Assembly: GCA_044371545.1 (NCBI GenBank)
Contig: JBILTM010000001.1
Location: 30,316-94,315, forward strand
DNA length: 64,000 nt
DNA from: Burkholderiaceae bacterium
GTDB taxonomy: Bacteria > Pseudomonadota > Gammaproteobacteria > Burkholderiales > Burkholderiaceae_E
Direction of reading: 5' to 3'
The notes below the pieces were generated by a model. It made no database searches and had not been told where the DNA came from. It saw only the letters and a list, made by a program, of their open reading frames with translations. This document shows positions 31,328-40,289 of this stretch, in pieces. Position numbers and translations under genes: made by a program. How positions within the stretch are numbered: the first letter of the stretch is position 1; each line of letters begins with the position of its first letter.

Positions 31328-31417
31328 TCAGGCGCCCAGGACGGGCAGCATGCGACCCCGGCCCGGCGCTAGTAGCAGCGCGGGCAGCGAAAGCAGGGTG
31401 GGGCGCACGAAGAGCAT
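31328..31417 (-). promoter_or_regulatory. Candidate leucine leader peptide (29 aa, [29 protein letters not shown]) for attenuation control of leuA
   Basis: My own translation of the 3' end of ORF 31328..31819. 9 of 29 codons are Leu, including the run CTG-CTA-CTA (31370..31375), with CTA being a very rare codon type at this GC content. The stop lies 133 nt upstream of the leuA ATG, and nested hairpins lie between them. No obvious SD. Confidence 0.4.
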
Positions 31418-31598
31418 CCGTGGAGGGTAGCCGTGCCCGTCGGGGGCTGTCAAACCGACGGCGGACGGCCGGCGGGGCGCGGACCCGTTACCGACGCTTA
31501 CGAACCGTTGCACTCCGAGGTTCCGCTGGCGTGAACGCGGCCCGCAGCGCCGCCGTTGAGACGTCATGGACACCGACACCCGTTCCACGGAGACCCTC

Positions 31599-32288
31599 AT
31601 GCGCACCCCCCGCGCCGTCGCCGCCGGCGGCACCGGCTTCGCCCGCACGATCCTCACCGCGGCCTGCACGGCCGCGCTCGCGATCGCCGCGTCGGACCCC
31701 GCCGGCGCGGCCGAGCGCGCGCTGCGCGGCGAGGCGACGTTCAAGGCGCCCACCGAGGCGGCGATCATGCGGCTGCCCGCGTCGTCGCCGATCCCGGCGG
31801 CCGACCTGCGCAGCGGCACGCTGTCGTTCGAGATCGTCTACGACGACGCCGCGCCCGACGCGGAGCCCGACGTCTACGGCGGCCGCTACCCGAGCGCGAT
31901 CCGTGCCTACCGCGTGCGGATCGGCGCGACCACGGTCGAGATGCCGCCGGCCGGCGCCGAGCTGCGGGTGTCCGACGGCGGCTTCGGCCTCGCGCACCGC
32001 GAGTCGCTGCAGCTGCTCGCCGCCGCCCGTTACGGCGACCACGACCTGCGCGTCGGCTGGGTCCGGATCAACCAGCGCGCCCCGACCGAGGACCTGCGCG
32101 GCGCCCCCGGCGCGATCGCCGGCGACGCGATCCCCGATGCGCGCACGCTGGTCGCGTTCCCGACCTCCGGGGAGTTCGACCGGGTGTTCTTCGTGCGGCT
32201 CGACCCGGTCGCCGACCCGCGCCGTCCGGCGCTGTACCTGAGCACGTCGACGATGACGGTCGCGCCCGCGCCCGTCGGGTCGCGCTGA
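31599..32288 (+). CDS. Hypothetical secreted protein
   Basis: The ORF 31566..32288 was trimmed to the ATG at 31599, which is preceded by GGAGA. Signal-peptide-like ARTILTAACTAALAIAASDPAGA. Family not recognised. Confidence 0.5.
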   Translation: MRTPRAVAAGGTGFARTILTAACTAALAIAASDPAGAAERALRGEATFKAPTEAAIMRLPASSPIPAADLRSGTLSFEIVYDDAAPDAEPDVYGGRYPSAIRAYRVRIGATTVEMPPAGAELRVSDGGFGLAHRESLQLLAAARYGDHDLRVGWVRINQRAPTEDLRGAPGAIAGDAIPDARTLVAFPTSGEFDRVFFVRLDPVADPRRPALYLSTSTMTVAPAPVGSR

Positions 32289-32299
32289 AGGAGGCGGGG

Positions 32300-32689
32300 G
32301 TGATCCGCGCCACGAAGCTCGCCGCGACCGCGTTCGCCGCGCTCGCGCTGGCCGCCTGCGGCCACGGCGGCTACTACGACCCGGTGCCGGTGCCGGTCTC
32401 GGTCGACGTCGGCGTCGCGGTGCCCGTCGGGCCGCCGCCGGTCTCGGGCCTCGGCCTGCAGCTGACCCGGGTGGGGCCCGAGTCGATCCAGCTCGACTGG
32501 TCGTTCGACCCGTACGCGGCGGCCTACGAGGTGTCGCGCGACGGCTTCCCGCTCGCGAGCGTGCGCGCCAACTCGCTGATCGACGCGAGCGGCCTGATCG
32601 GCGACCGCTACTGCTACCGGGTCGTCGGCCGCGACGGCCGCGGCGTCGTGGTGTCGACCAGCTCGGTCGGCTGCCTGACGCTGTTCTGA
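32300..32689 (+). CDS. Small lipoprotein with an FN3-like domain, hypothetical
   Basis: GTG at 32300 preceded by GAAGGAGG. Lipobox AALALAAC-G. LQLTRVGPESIQLDWSF...YEVSRDG...YCYRVVG resembles a fibronectin-III repeat. This is the 3' part of ORF 31556..32689. Confidence 0.55.
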   Translation: MIRATKLAATAFAALALAACGHGGYYDPVPVPVSVDVGVAVPVGPPPVSGLGLQLTRVGPESIQLDWSFDPYAAAYEVSRDGFPLASVRANSLIDASGLIGDRYCYRVVGRDGRGVVVSTSSVGCLTLF

Positions 32690-32778
32690 CCGGGGCGCGC
32701 CGCCGGCGCGCGCGATCTTGGTACCCTCGGCACGACCGCGCGGCCCCTGCCGCGCCGCACCGGACACGAGACCGCGCC

Positions 32779-34518
32779 ATGGACCGCATCGGACCCTTCG
32801 AGTACGTCGAGCACCCGGCCGCGCCGCCGCCGCTCGTCGACGGCGCGGACCCCGCGCGGCACCGCGTCGCGATCGCCGGCGGTGGGCCGGTCGGCCTCGC
32901 GCTCGCGCTGTCGCTCGCGGTGCGAGGCGTGCCCTCGGTGGTGCTCGAGGCCGACACCACGGTCTGCGTCGGTAGCCGCGCGATCTGCATCTCGCGCCGC
33001 AGCCTGGAGATCCTCGGCGAGCTCGGCGCGCTGGAGGCGCACCTCGCCGCCGGCCTGCCCTGGCAGGGCGGGCGCACGTTCCACGGCACCGACGAGATCC
33101 TGCGCTTCGCGATGCCCGATGATGCGTTCCAGCGCCTGCCGCCGATGATCAACATCCCGCAGTACCGGATCGAGCAGTGCCTGGTCGATGGGGCGAGCGC
33201 GTACCCGGACCTGATCGAGATCCGGTGGGGCACCGAGCTCGCGGCCTTCTCGCAGGACGACGAGGGCGTGTCGCTGCGCGTGCGCTGCGCCGGCACCGAC
33301 TACGCGATGCGCGCCGACCGGTTGGTCGCCTGCGACGGCGGGCAGAGCCTCGTGCGGCGCGCGATGGGCCTGAAGCTCGAAGGCGCGGCCTTCGAGGGCA
33401 AGTACGTGATCGTCGACATCGAGCTGCCGAGCGCGTACCCGACCGAGCGCCGCGCATGGTTCGACCCGCCGTCGAACCCTGGCTCGACCGTGCTGATGCA
33501 CAAGCAGCCCGACGACCTCTGGCGCATCGACTACCAGATCCCCGACGACGCCGACCTCGACGCCGCGCTGCGGCCCGAATCGGTCGAGCCCTTCGTGCGC
33601 CGCCACCTCGAGATGATCGGCGAGGCGCACCTGCCGTGGCGGATCGTCTGGATCAGCGCTTACCGCGCCGGCGCGATGACGCTCGATCGCTACCGGCACG
33701 GCCGGGTGCTGTTCGCCGGCAACGCGGCGCACGCGATGCCGATCTTCGGCGTGCGCGGGCTCAACTCGGGCTTCGAGGACGCGCACGACCTCGGCTGGCG
33801 GCTCGCGTCGGTGGCGCTCGGGCTCGGCGGCGAGGCACTGCTCGACGGCTACGACGACGAGCGCCGCCACGCGTTCCGCGTCAACGCGGCGAGCGCGATC
33901 AAGAGCACCGAGTTCATGGCCCCGCCGTCGCGCGGCTTCTCGCTGATGCGCGAGGCGGCGCTCACGCTCGCGCACTGCCACCCGTCGATCGCCCAACTCG
34001 CGAACCCGAGGCAGAGCACCGCGATCGGCTATCCGCCGCCGCCCGGCGCGGTGCTGTCCGACCCGTCGGCCGGCCCGGATCCCGGCGACCCGCCGGCCGA
34101 GGCGCCGCTGCGCGGGCCGGGTGGCGCGACGCACCTCACCGCGCTGCTCGGCCCGTGGTGGACGGTCGCGGTGTTCCTTCCCGATCCGGCCGCCGACGGC
34201 CTCGCGCCGCCGCTCGACGCCGCGCTCGCCGCGCTCGAGCGCGGGCCGCTGCCGCTGCGCACGCTGGTCGTCGCCGCGTGCGGCGAGCCCTCGGCGTCGG
34301 CGACGCGCCTGCGAGCGGTGGACGATGCGCGCCCGGCCGGCTTGCCCGCCGACCGGCACGCGGCGCGGCGCTGGGACGCGCTCGACGGCGCGGTCGTGCT
34401 GCTGCGCCCCGACGGGCACGTCGCCGGCCGCTGGCGCGCGCCCGACGCCGTGACGCTGCGCGCCGCGCTCGACGCGGCCGCCTGCCGCACCGTCACCGCC
34501 GACGAGGTTCACCGATGA
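32779..34518 (+). CDS. FAD-dependent aromatic-ring monooxygenase (PheA/TfdB/MhpA family)
   Basis: VAIAGGGPVGLALAL, CDGGQSLVRR, FAGNAAHAMPIFGVRGLNSGFEDAHDLGW fingerprints, 579 aa. Confidence 0.85.
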   Translation: MDRIGPFEYVEHPAAPPPLVDGADPARHRVAIAGGGPVGLALALSLAVRGVPSVVLEADTTVCVGSRAICISRRSLEILGELGALEAHLAAGLPWQGGRTFHGTDEILRFAMPDDAFQRLPPMINIPQYRIEQCLVDGASAYPDLIEIRWGTELAAFSQDDEGVSLRVRCAGTDYAMRADRLVACDGGQSLVRRAMGLKLEGAAFEGKYVIVDIELPSAYPTERRAWFDPPSNPGSTVLMHKQPDDLWRIDYQIPDDADLDAALRPESVEPFVRRHLEMIGEAHLPWRIVWISAYRAGAMTLDRYRHGRVLFAGNAAHAMPIFGVRGLNSGFEDAHDLGWRLASVALGLGGEALLDGYDDERRHAFRVNAASAIKSTEFMAPPSRGFSLMREAALTLAHCHPSIAQLANPRQSTAIGYPPPPGAVLSDPSAGPDPGDPPAEAPLRGPGGATHLTALLGPWWTVAVFLPDPAADGLAPPLDAALAALERGPLPLRTLVVAACGEPSASATRLRAVDDARPAGLPADRHAARRWDALDGAVVLLRPDGHVAGRWRAPDAVTLRAALDAAACRTVTADEVHR

Positions 34519-34736
34519 TCACCGCCCTGAGCCCCGACGCGCGCGACGCGCTGTACCGCGACTGCGCGCTCGCGGTCACCGCGGTCGGCCGCGACCGCGA
34601 GAGCCTGTTCCTCGCTCGGCTCGCGCTGCTGCTGATGGAGGCGGTCGGCGACGAGGCGCGCTGCCGCGAGGCGATCGAAGCGGCCGCGCGCGAGGTGCCG
34701 GCGCCGAGCCTGTCGCGCGAGTCGCCGCGCGGCTGA
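34515..34736 (+). CDS. Small DUF2783-like protein translationally coupled to the monooxygenase
   Basis: ATGA overlap with the upstream stop. 73 aa, MITALSPDARDALYRDCALAV...LARLALLLMEAVGD. The family assignment is from memory of small proteins that follow such monooxygenases. Confidence 0.5.
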   Translation: MITALSPDARDALYRDCALAVTAVGRDRESLFLARLALLLMEAVGDEARCREAIEAAAREVPAPSLSRESPRG

Positions 34737-34771
34737 CCGAGGGCGGCCGCCCGCGTGGCGGTCAATCGCGG

Positions 34772-35512
34772 TCAGTCGCGGTAGGACGGGTCGATCCGGT
34801 CGAGCCGCCGCACCAGCGCGTCGAAGCCGTCCTGCCCGCCACCGTAGCGCGGGTCGAACTGCAGCGCATCCGCGCTCGCGCGCCGGCGCACCGCCTCGGG
34901 CACGGCACGCGTGGCCCCGAGCGCGGCGCCGGCGACCTGGATCTCGCAGGCGCGCTGCAGTGTCCACAGCACCGCGAACGCGACCGGGATGGTCGGCCCC
35001 CACGACAGGAGACCGTGGTTGCGCAGGATCACCGCGGGCCGGTCGCCGATCGAGCGCAGCACGCGCGGCCCCTCGTCGGCGTGCACGGTGATGCCCTCGA
35101 AGTCGTGGTACGCGATGCGCTCGTGCAGCATCGCCGAGTAGAAGTTGTCGAACGACAGGCCGGCCTCGCTGCTCGCGACCGCGCTGCCCGCGGTGGTGTG
35201 CGTGTGCATCACGCAGTGGGCCGCGTCGATGCCGGCGTGGATCGTCGAATGCAGCACGAAGCCGGCCGGGTTCACGCGGTGAGGCGAGCCGTCGACGATG
35301 CGGCCGTCGAGGTCGATGCGCACCAGGTTCGACGCGCTCACCTCGTCGTAGCGCAGCCCGAACGGGTTGATCAGGAAGTGCCGGTCCGGACCGGGCACGC
35401 GCACCGTCACGTGGTTGTAGATCAGCTCGTCCCAGCCGAGCAGCGCGAAGATCCGGTAGCAGGCGGCGAGCTGCACGCGCAGCACGCGTTCGTCGGCGCA
35501 GGCCCCGCTCAT
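34772..35512 (-). CDS. Class II aldolase/adducin-family protein
   Basis: NHVTVRVPG...INPFG, HCVMHTHT, ILRNHGLLSWG motifs. Confidence 0.88.
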   Translation of the reverse strand: MSGACADERVLRVQLAACYRIFALLGWDELIYNHVTVRVPGPDRHFLINPFGLRYDEVSASNLVRIDLDGRIVDGSPHRVNPAGFVLHSTIHAGIDAAHCVMHTHTTAGSAVASSEAGLSFDNFYSAMLHERIAYHDFEGITVHADEGPRVLRSIGDRPAVILRNHGLLSWGPTIPVAFAVLWTLQRACEIQVAGAALGATRAVPEAVRRRASADALQFDPRYGGGQDGFDALVRRLDRIDPSYRD

Positions 35513-35549
35513 CGTCGTCGTCCTCGGGTCGGCGCGCGGCCGGCGGAGC

Positions 35550-36632
35550 TCAGGCCGTGCGGTACCAGGCGACGCCGGCGTCGTCGACGGTCATCGTCGC
35601 CTCGCCGGTCGCGAGCAGCCGGTTCAGGTGCGCGACCGTCTCCCCGGTGGCCATGGACAGCAGCCCGGGCGAGTCGATCGGCCGGCGGAACAGCGCGCCG
35701 AACACGTCGATGGCTCGCCGCGGCTCGGCGAGCCGCTCGTGCAGCGCCGCGAGCCCGCGCGCGTGGCCGGCGGCCAGCTCGTCGAGCCGCGCGTGCAGGC
35801 CGCGGAAGGGCAGGTTGTGCGCCGGCAGCACCAGCACGTCGTCGGGCACCTGCGCCTTCAGCTTGGCGATCGATGCGAGCCAGTCGCCGAGCGGGTCGGC
35901 GTCGGGCTCGGTCGGGAACACCGACACGTTCGAGGAGATCCGCGGCAGCACCTGGTCGCCGGACACCAGCAGCTTCAGCTCGGGACAGTGCAGGCAGGCG
36001 TGCTCCGGCGAGTGGCCGCTGCCGGTGATCACGCGCCAGTCGTGCGCGCCGATGCGGATCGTCTCGCCGTCGACGATGCGACGGTAGCTGTCGGGCAGCG
36101 CGTAGGTGTGCTTGCCGAACTCGCCGAAGCGCGCGCGGTAGTGCTCGAGCGCGTCGTCGTCCCAGCCGGCGCGGCGGTAGAAGCGCGTGCCGTCCTCGGG
36201 CGCGTCGCGGCCGGTGTCGGCGACCAGCACACGGCAGGTCAGGTACTCCAGCCGCGTCATCCACAGCCGGCAGCCGGTGCGCCGGGTGATCCAGCCGGCC
36301 ATGCCGACGTGGTCCGGGTGCATGTGCGTGACGATCACGCGCTCCACGCCCCGGCCGCCGAGCGCGCCGTCGCGCAGCATCCGCCACGCGGACGCGGTGT
36401 CGGGCGAGCGCAGCCCGCTGTCGACCAGCGTCCAGCGCTCGCCGTCGGCGATCGCCCACAGGTTGATGTGCGCGAGCGTGAACGGCAGCGGCATCCGGAT
36501 CCACAGCACGCCCGGCGCGACCTCGACCGCCGCGCCGGTCTCGGGCGGCGTCTCGAACGGGTAGACGAGCGTGCTCGGGGCGCGGGGCGCGTCGGTCAGG
36601 GACGTGTCGGAGCTCACCCGCCGATCGTACAC
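35550..36632 (-). CDS. MBL-fold metallo-hydrolase
   Basis: VIVTHMHPDHVGMAG (HxHxDH), GHSPEH, 360 aa. Confidence 0.85.
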   Translation of the reverse strand: MYDRRVSSDTSLTDAPRAPSTLVYPFETPPETGAAVEVAPGVLWIRMPLPFTLAHINLWAIADGERWTLVDSGLRSPDTASAWRMLRDGALGGRGVERVIVTHMHPDHVGMAGWITRRTGCRLWMTRLEYLTCRVLVADTGRDAPEDGTRFYRRAGWDDDALEHYRARFGEFGKHTYALPDSYRRIVDGETIRIGAHDWRVITGSGHSPEHACLHCPELKLLVSGDQVLPRISSNVSVFPTEPDADPLGDWLASIAKLKAQVPDDVLVLPAHNLPFRGLHARLDELAAGHARGLAALHERLAEPRRAIDVFGALFRRPIDSPGLLSMATGETVAHLNRLLATGEATMTVDDAGVAWYRTA

Positions 36633-36706
36633 GCAAGCCGCGCGGGCCGCCCGTCGGCGCGTTTCCCGTATGCTGTCGGAAAGAGGAGCGTCGGGGAGGC
36701 GCCCGC

Positions 36707-37438
36707 GTGCCCATGGACGACATCGATTTCCTGTTCCGCAACAACCGCGCGTGGGCGCAGCGGATGTGCGACGACGACCCGGCGTTCTTCAGCCGCCTCG
36801 CCGAGCAGCAGGCGCCGCGCTACCTGTGGATCGGCTGCTCCGACAGCCGCGTGCCGGCCAACCAGATCATCGGCCTCGCGCCCGGCGAGATCTTCGTCCA
36901 CCGCAACGTCGCGAACCTCGTCGTCTTCACCGACCTGAACTGCCTGTCGGTGATCCAGTACGCGGTCGACGTCCTCAAGGTCGAGCACGTCATGGTGGTC
37001 GGCCACTACGGCTGCGGCGGCGTGACCGCCGTGCTCGAGCGGCGCAAGCTCGGGCTCGTCGACAGCTGGCTGCACCACGTCGAGGACCTGATGGTCACCC
37101 ACGCGCGGCGGCTCGACACGATCTCCGATCCGCGCGAGCGCCACGACCGCCTGTGCGAGATCAACGTGCTCGAGCAGGTCGGTCACGTCGGCCGGCTGCC
37201 GATGGTCGAGGACGCGTGGCGACGTGGCCAGCAGCTCGCGCTGCACGGCCTGATCTATGGCATCCACGACGGGCTGCTGCGCGAGCTGTGCGCGCCGGTC
37301 GTCTCGCCGGTCGATCCGGCCGCGTGGCGGCGCGACGTGCTGCGCGCGCTGTGGGACGGCCCCGGTCGCCGCGACGCAGCCGCCGGCACGCGCGTGGCCG
37401 GGCCGTCCGACCCGGTCGACGAGCCCGGCACCGCGTGA
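36707..37438 (+). CDS. can: Beta-class carbonic anhydrase
   Basis: PRYLWIGCSDSRVP, VHRNVAN, VVGHYGCGGV motifs. The start may instead be 36713. Confidence 0.92.
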   Translation: MPMDDIDFLFRNNRAWAQRMCDDDPAFFSRLAEQQAPRYLWIGCSDSRVPANQIIGLAPGEIFVHRNVANLVVFTDLNCLSVIQYAVDVLKVEHVMVVGHYGCGGVTAVLERRKLGLVDSWLHHVEDLMVTHARRLDTISDPRERHDRLCEINVLEQVGHVGRLPMVEDAWRRGQQLALHGLIYGIHDGLLRELCAPVVSPVDPAAWRRDVLRALWDGPGRRDAAAGTRVAGPSDPVDEPGTA

Positions 37439-37675
37439 GCCGGCGGCCCGGCCCCGGGGCCGGACGCGCCGCTGCGCGGCCCCGGTCCGGGGACCGGTGC
37501 GGCGCACCGCCCGACCGCTCGTCGGCCCCGGCCGTCCGCCTGAGGCGCGATGGCCGAAGTGCCGAGCTCCGCTGCCGTTGAAGACCCGATCGCTGGCGTG
37601 GAAATAGCCCACGATGGCGACATCCGGCGTCCCGCGGCCGCCTCCGTCCGCGTCCTTCCCCCCGATCCGCCGACG

Positions 37676-39220
37676 ATGAGACAGAACCTGCCCGTCACCG
37701 ACCGCGAGCGGCTGCTCGGCCCGCGCGACACCCTGGTGTCGACCACGGACACCAAGGGCCGCATCACCTACTGCAACCCCGCGTTCGTCGCGATCAGCGG
37801 GTTCTCGGAAGACGAGCTGATCGGCAAGGCGCACAACGTCGTGCGCCATCCCGAGATGCCGCCCGAGGCCTTCGAGGACATGTGGCGGACGATCGAGTCC
37901 GGGCGCCCGTGGACCGCGCTCGTCAAGAACCGCTGCAAGAACGGCGACTTCTACTGGGTCCGCGCGAACGCCACGCCGATGGTCGAGGACGGCCGCATCG
38001 TCGGCTACATGTCGGTGCGTACCTGCCCGGGCCGCGACGAGGTGAAGGCCGCGGACACGCTGTACGCGGCGATGCGCGAGAAGCGCGCGCGGGTACGGAT
38101 CGTCCGCGGTCAGCTCGTGCCGGTCGGTCCGTCGCGCTGGCTCCACCGGCTTCGCGCGATGCCGCTGCCGGCGCGCTTCGCCGCCGCGGCGCTGCTGCCG
38201 GCGTCGGCCGCGGCCGGCACTGCGCTGGCGCTCTCGGGCCCGGGCTGGACCGCCGTCGCCACGCTCGGCGCCGGCCTTGCCGGTGCCGTGCTCGCCGCGG
38301 CCTGGCTGTCGGCGAGCGTCGCCGCGCCGCTCGGCACCGTGGTCGCCGCGGCACGCCGGATCGCCGGCGGCCAGATGGACGAGCCGGTGCCGACCGAGCG
38401 CGCCGACGCGATCGGCGACCTGCAGCGCGACATCGGGCAGGTCGGCGTCAACGTGCTCGCGCTGGTCGCCGACGTGCGGATGCAGGTCGCCGGGCTCGAG
38501 ACCGCGACCGGCGAGATCGCGCAGGGCAACCTCGATCTCAGTGCGCGCACGGAGCAGTCGGCCTCGAGCCTGCAGGAGACCGCGGCCAGCATGGAGCAGA
38601 TCGCGGGCACGGTGCGCAACGCCGAGGGCAGCGCGAAGGCGGCGACCGCGCTCGCGGCGACGACGCTCGAGGTCGCCCGCGAAGGCGACGCCGCGACCGC
38701 GCGGGTCGACGCGACGATGATCGAGATCGCCGACAGCGCGCGAAGGATCGCCGAGCGCACCGGCGTCATCGACTCGATCGCGTTCCAGACGAACATCCTC
38801 GCGCTCAACGCGGCGGTCGAGGCGGCGCGCGCAGGCGAACAGGGCCGCGGCTTCGCGGTGGTGGCCGCGGAGGTCCGCTCGCTCGCCCAGCGCAGCGCCG
38901 AGGCGGCCCGCGACATCAAGCGCCTGACCGCGGAGAGCTCCGCGAAGGTCGACGCGGGCGCGGCGAGCGCGAAGCAGGCCGCGGGAACGATGTCGCAGAT
39001 CACCGCATCGGTGCAGCGCGTGAACGGGCTGATCGACGAGATCGCCACCGGCGCGGCCGAGCAGACCCGCGGCATCGAGCAGGTCGGCATCGCGGTCGCC
39101 GACCTCGATCGGTCGACGACGCAGAATGCGGCGCTGGTCGAGCAGGGCGCGGCGGCTGCCGCGAGCCTCAGGGATCAGGCGCAGCGCCTGTCGCAGGCGA
39201 TCTCGGTGTTCCGGATCTGA
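37676..39220 (+). CDS. aer: Aer-like PAS-domain methyl-accepting chemotaxis (aerotaxis/energy taxis) receptor
   Basis: The ORF 37550..39220 was trimmed to the ATG at 37676. [24 protein letters not shown]...[10 protein letters not shown]...[19 protein letters not shown] closely parallels the E. coli Aer PAS domain. Followed by 2 TM, HAMP and an MCP signalling domain ([30 protein letters not shown]). Confidence 0.88.
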   Translation: MRQNLPVTDRERLLGPRDTLVSTTDTKGRITYCNPAFVAISGFSEDELIGKAHNVVRHPEMPPEAFEDMWRTIESGRPWTALVKNRCKNGDFYWVRANATPMVEDGRIVGYMSVRTCPGRDEVKAADTLYAAMREKRARVRIVRGQLVPVGPSRWLHRLRAMPLPARFAAAALLPASAAAGTALALSGPGWTAVATLGAGLAGAVLAAAWLSASVAAPLGTVVAAARRIAGGQMDEPVPTERADAIGDLQRDIGQVGVNVLALVADVRMQVAGLETATGEIAQGNLDLSARTEQSASSLQETAASMEQIAGTVRNAEGSAKAATALAATTLEVAREGDAATARVDATMIEIADSARRIAERTGVIDSIAFQTNILALNAAVEAARAGEQGRGFAVVAAEVRSLAQRSAEAARDIKRLTAESSAKVDAGAASAKQAAGTMSQITASVQRVNGLIDEIATGAAEQTRGIEQVGIAVADLDRSTTQNAALVEQGAAAAASLRDQAQRLSQAISVFRI

Positions 39221-40136
39221 CGGTGGGCCCGAGCAGCCCCACCAGCTCGGCGAGGCTGCGCGCGACGCTGCGGCCGCCGGTGTCGAGGGTCAGGTCGGCC
39301 TTCGAGTAGAGCGGCTCGCGCGCGGCGAGCATCGTCCTGATGTTCGCCATCGCGACCCGCTCGAGCGCGGGAGCGGCGATCCGCGCGTCCTGTTGGCGGC
39401 GTACCCGGTCGAAGTGGTCCTCGGGGCTCGCCCGCAGCCAGACGGTGCGGAACGCGCCGCGCAGCAGCGCGTAGGTGCCGGCCTCGGTGACCAGGCCGCC
39501 GCCGGTCGCGAGCACGACCGCGGCATGCCGCTCGATCACCTGCTTCAGGCAGCTGCGCTCGAGCGTGCGGTAGCCCGACGCGCCGTACAGCGTGAAGACC
39601 TCGGGCACGGCCACGCCGCCGGCGCGCTCGATCTCGCGGTTGAGCTCGACGAAGGGCACGCCGAGGCGGCGCGCGAGCCGCGCCCCGAGGGTCGACTTGC
39701 CCGCGCCGCGCAGGCCGATCAGCGCGATGCGTGCCGACGCAGGGCGATGCGCGCCACCGGGGCCGCCGCGCGCGCGCAGCGCCGACCAGACCTCGGCCTG
39801 CACGGCCGGCGTCTGGCCGCGCAGCCAGGCGACGATCAGTTCGAGGTCCGAGCCCGCCTCGACCGGCTCGGCGAGCAGCCACTGTGCCGGCACTCCGAGC
39901 GCGCGGGCGAGCTGCTCGAGCACGCCGAGCGAGATGTTCGCGGCGCCCGCCTCGAGCCGCGCGAGGTAGGCGACCGACACGCCCGATCGCTCCGAGAGCT
40001 GCGCGCGCGTCAGCGACGAAGACTCGCGCAGCGCGCGCACCTGCCGCGACACCACGTCGCCGAGGGCGCCGCCGCCGTCGCGCGTCGAGAGCGCCGGCCT
40101 GGCCGCCGCCGGGGGGGTGGGAGCACGACGCGACAT
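39168..40136 (-). CDS. BzdR/BoxR-type transcriptional regulator: N-terminal XRE HTH fused to a shikimate-kinase-like domain
   Basis: [45 protein letters not shown]-terminal [34 protein letters not shown]...TGGG shikimate-kinase fold. Divergent from an acyl-CoA synthetase. Confidence 0.8.
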   Translation of the reverse strand: MSRRAPTPPAAARPALSTRDGGGALGDVVSRQVRALRESSSLTRAQLSERSGVSVAYLARLEAGAANISLGVLEQLARALGVPAQWLLAEPVEAGSDLELIVAWLRGQTPAVQAEVWSALRARGGPGGAHRPASARIALIGLRGAGKSTLGARLARRLGVPFVELNREIERAGGVAVPEVFTLYGASGYRTLERSCLKQVIERHAAVVLATGGGLVTEAGTYALLRGAFRTVWLRASPEDHFDRVRRQQDARIAAPALERVAMANIRTMLAAREPLYSKADLTLDTGGRSVARSLAELVGLLGPTVRSGTPRSPATGAAPDP

Positions 40137-40213
40137 CGCGGGTTTCGGGTGGGTCTCTGTCGGGGACGGCCACGCGGCCGGATTGCCGCGGGCCCATCGA
40201 ACCTATACGATAG

Positions 40214-40250
40214 TCGATATCGAGGACAGGAATCTACTATAGTGGATTCC
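40214..40250. promoter_or_regulatory. AT-rich operator candidates in the divergent promoter region: 10-bp palindrome TCGATATCGA (40214..40223) and 22-bp near-perfect palindrome GGAATCTACTATAGTGGATTCC (40229..40250)
   Basis: Read directly. This is the only AT-rich island between the regulator (start 40136) and the acyl-CoA synthetase (start 40290). Confidence 0.35.
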
Positions 40251-40289
40251 ATCGCGGCGCCCCCGTCGCGCCCCCGAGGAGACCGCCCG

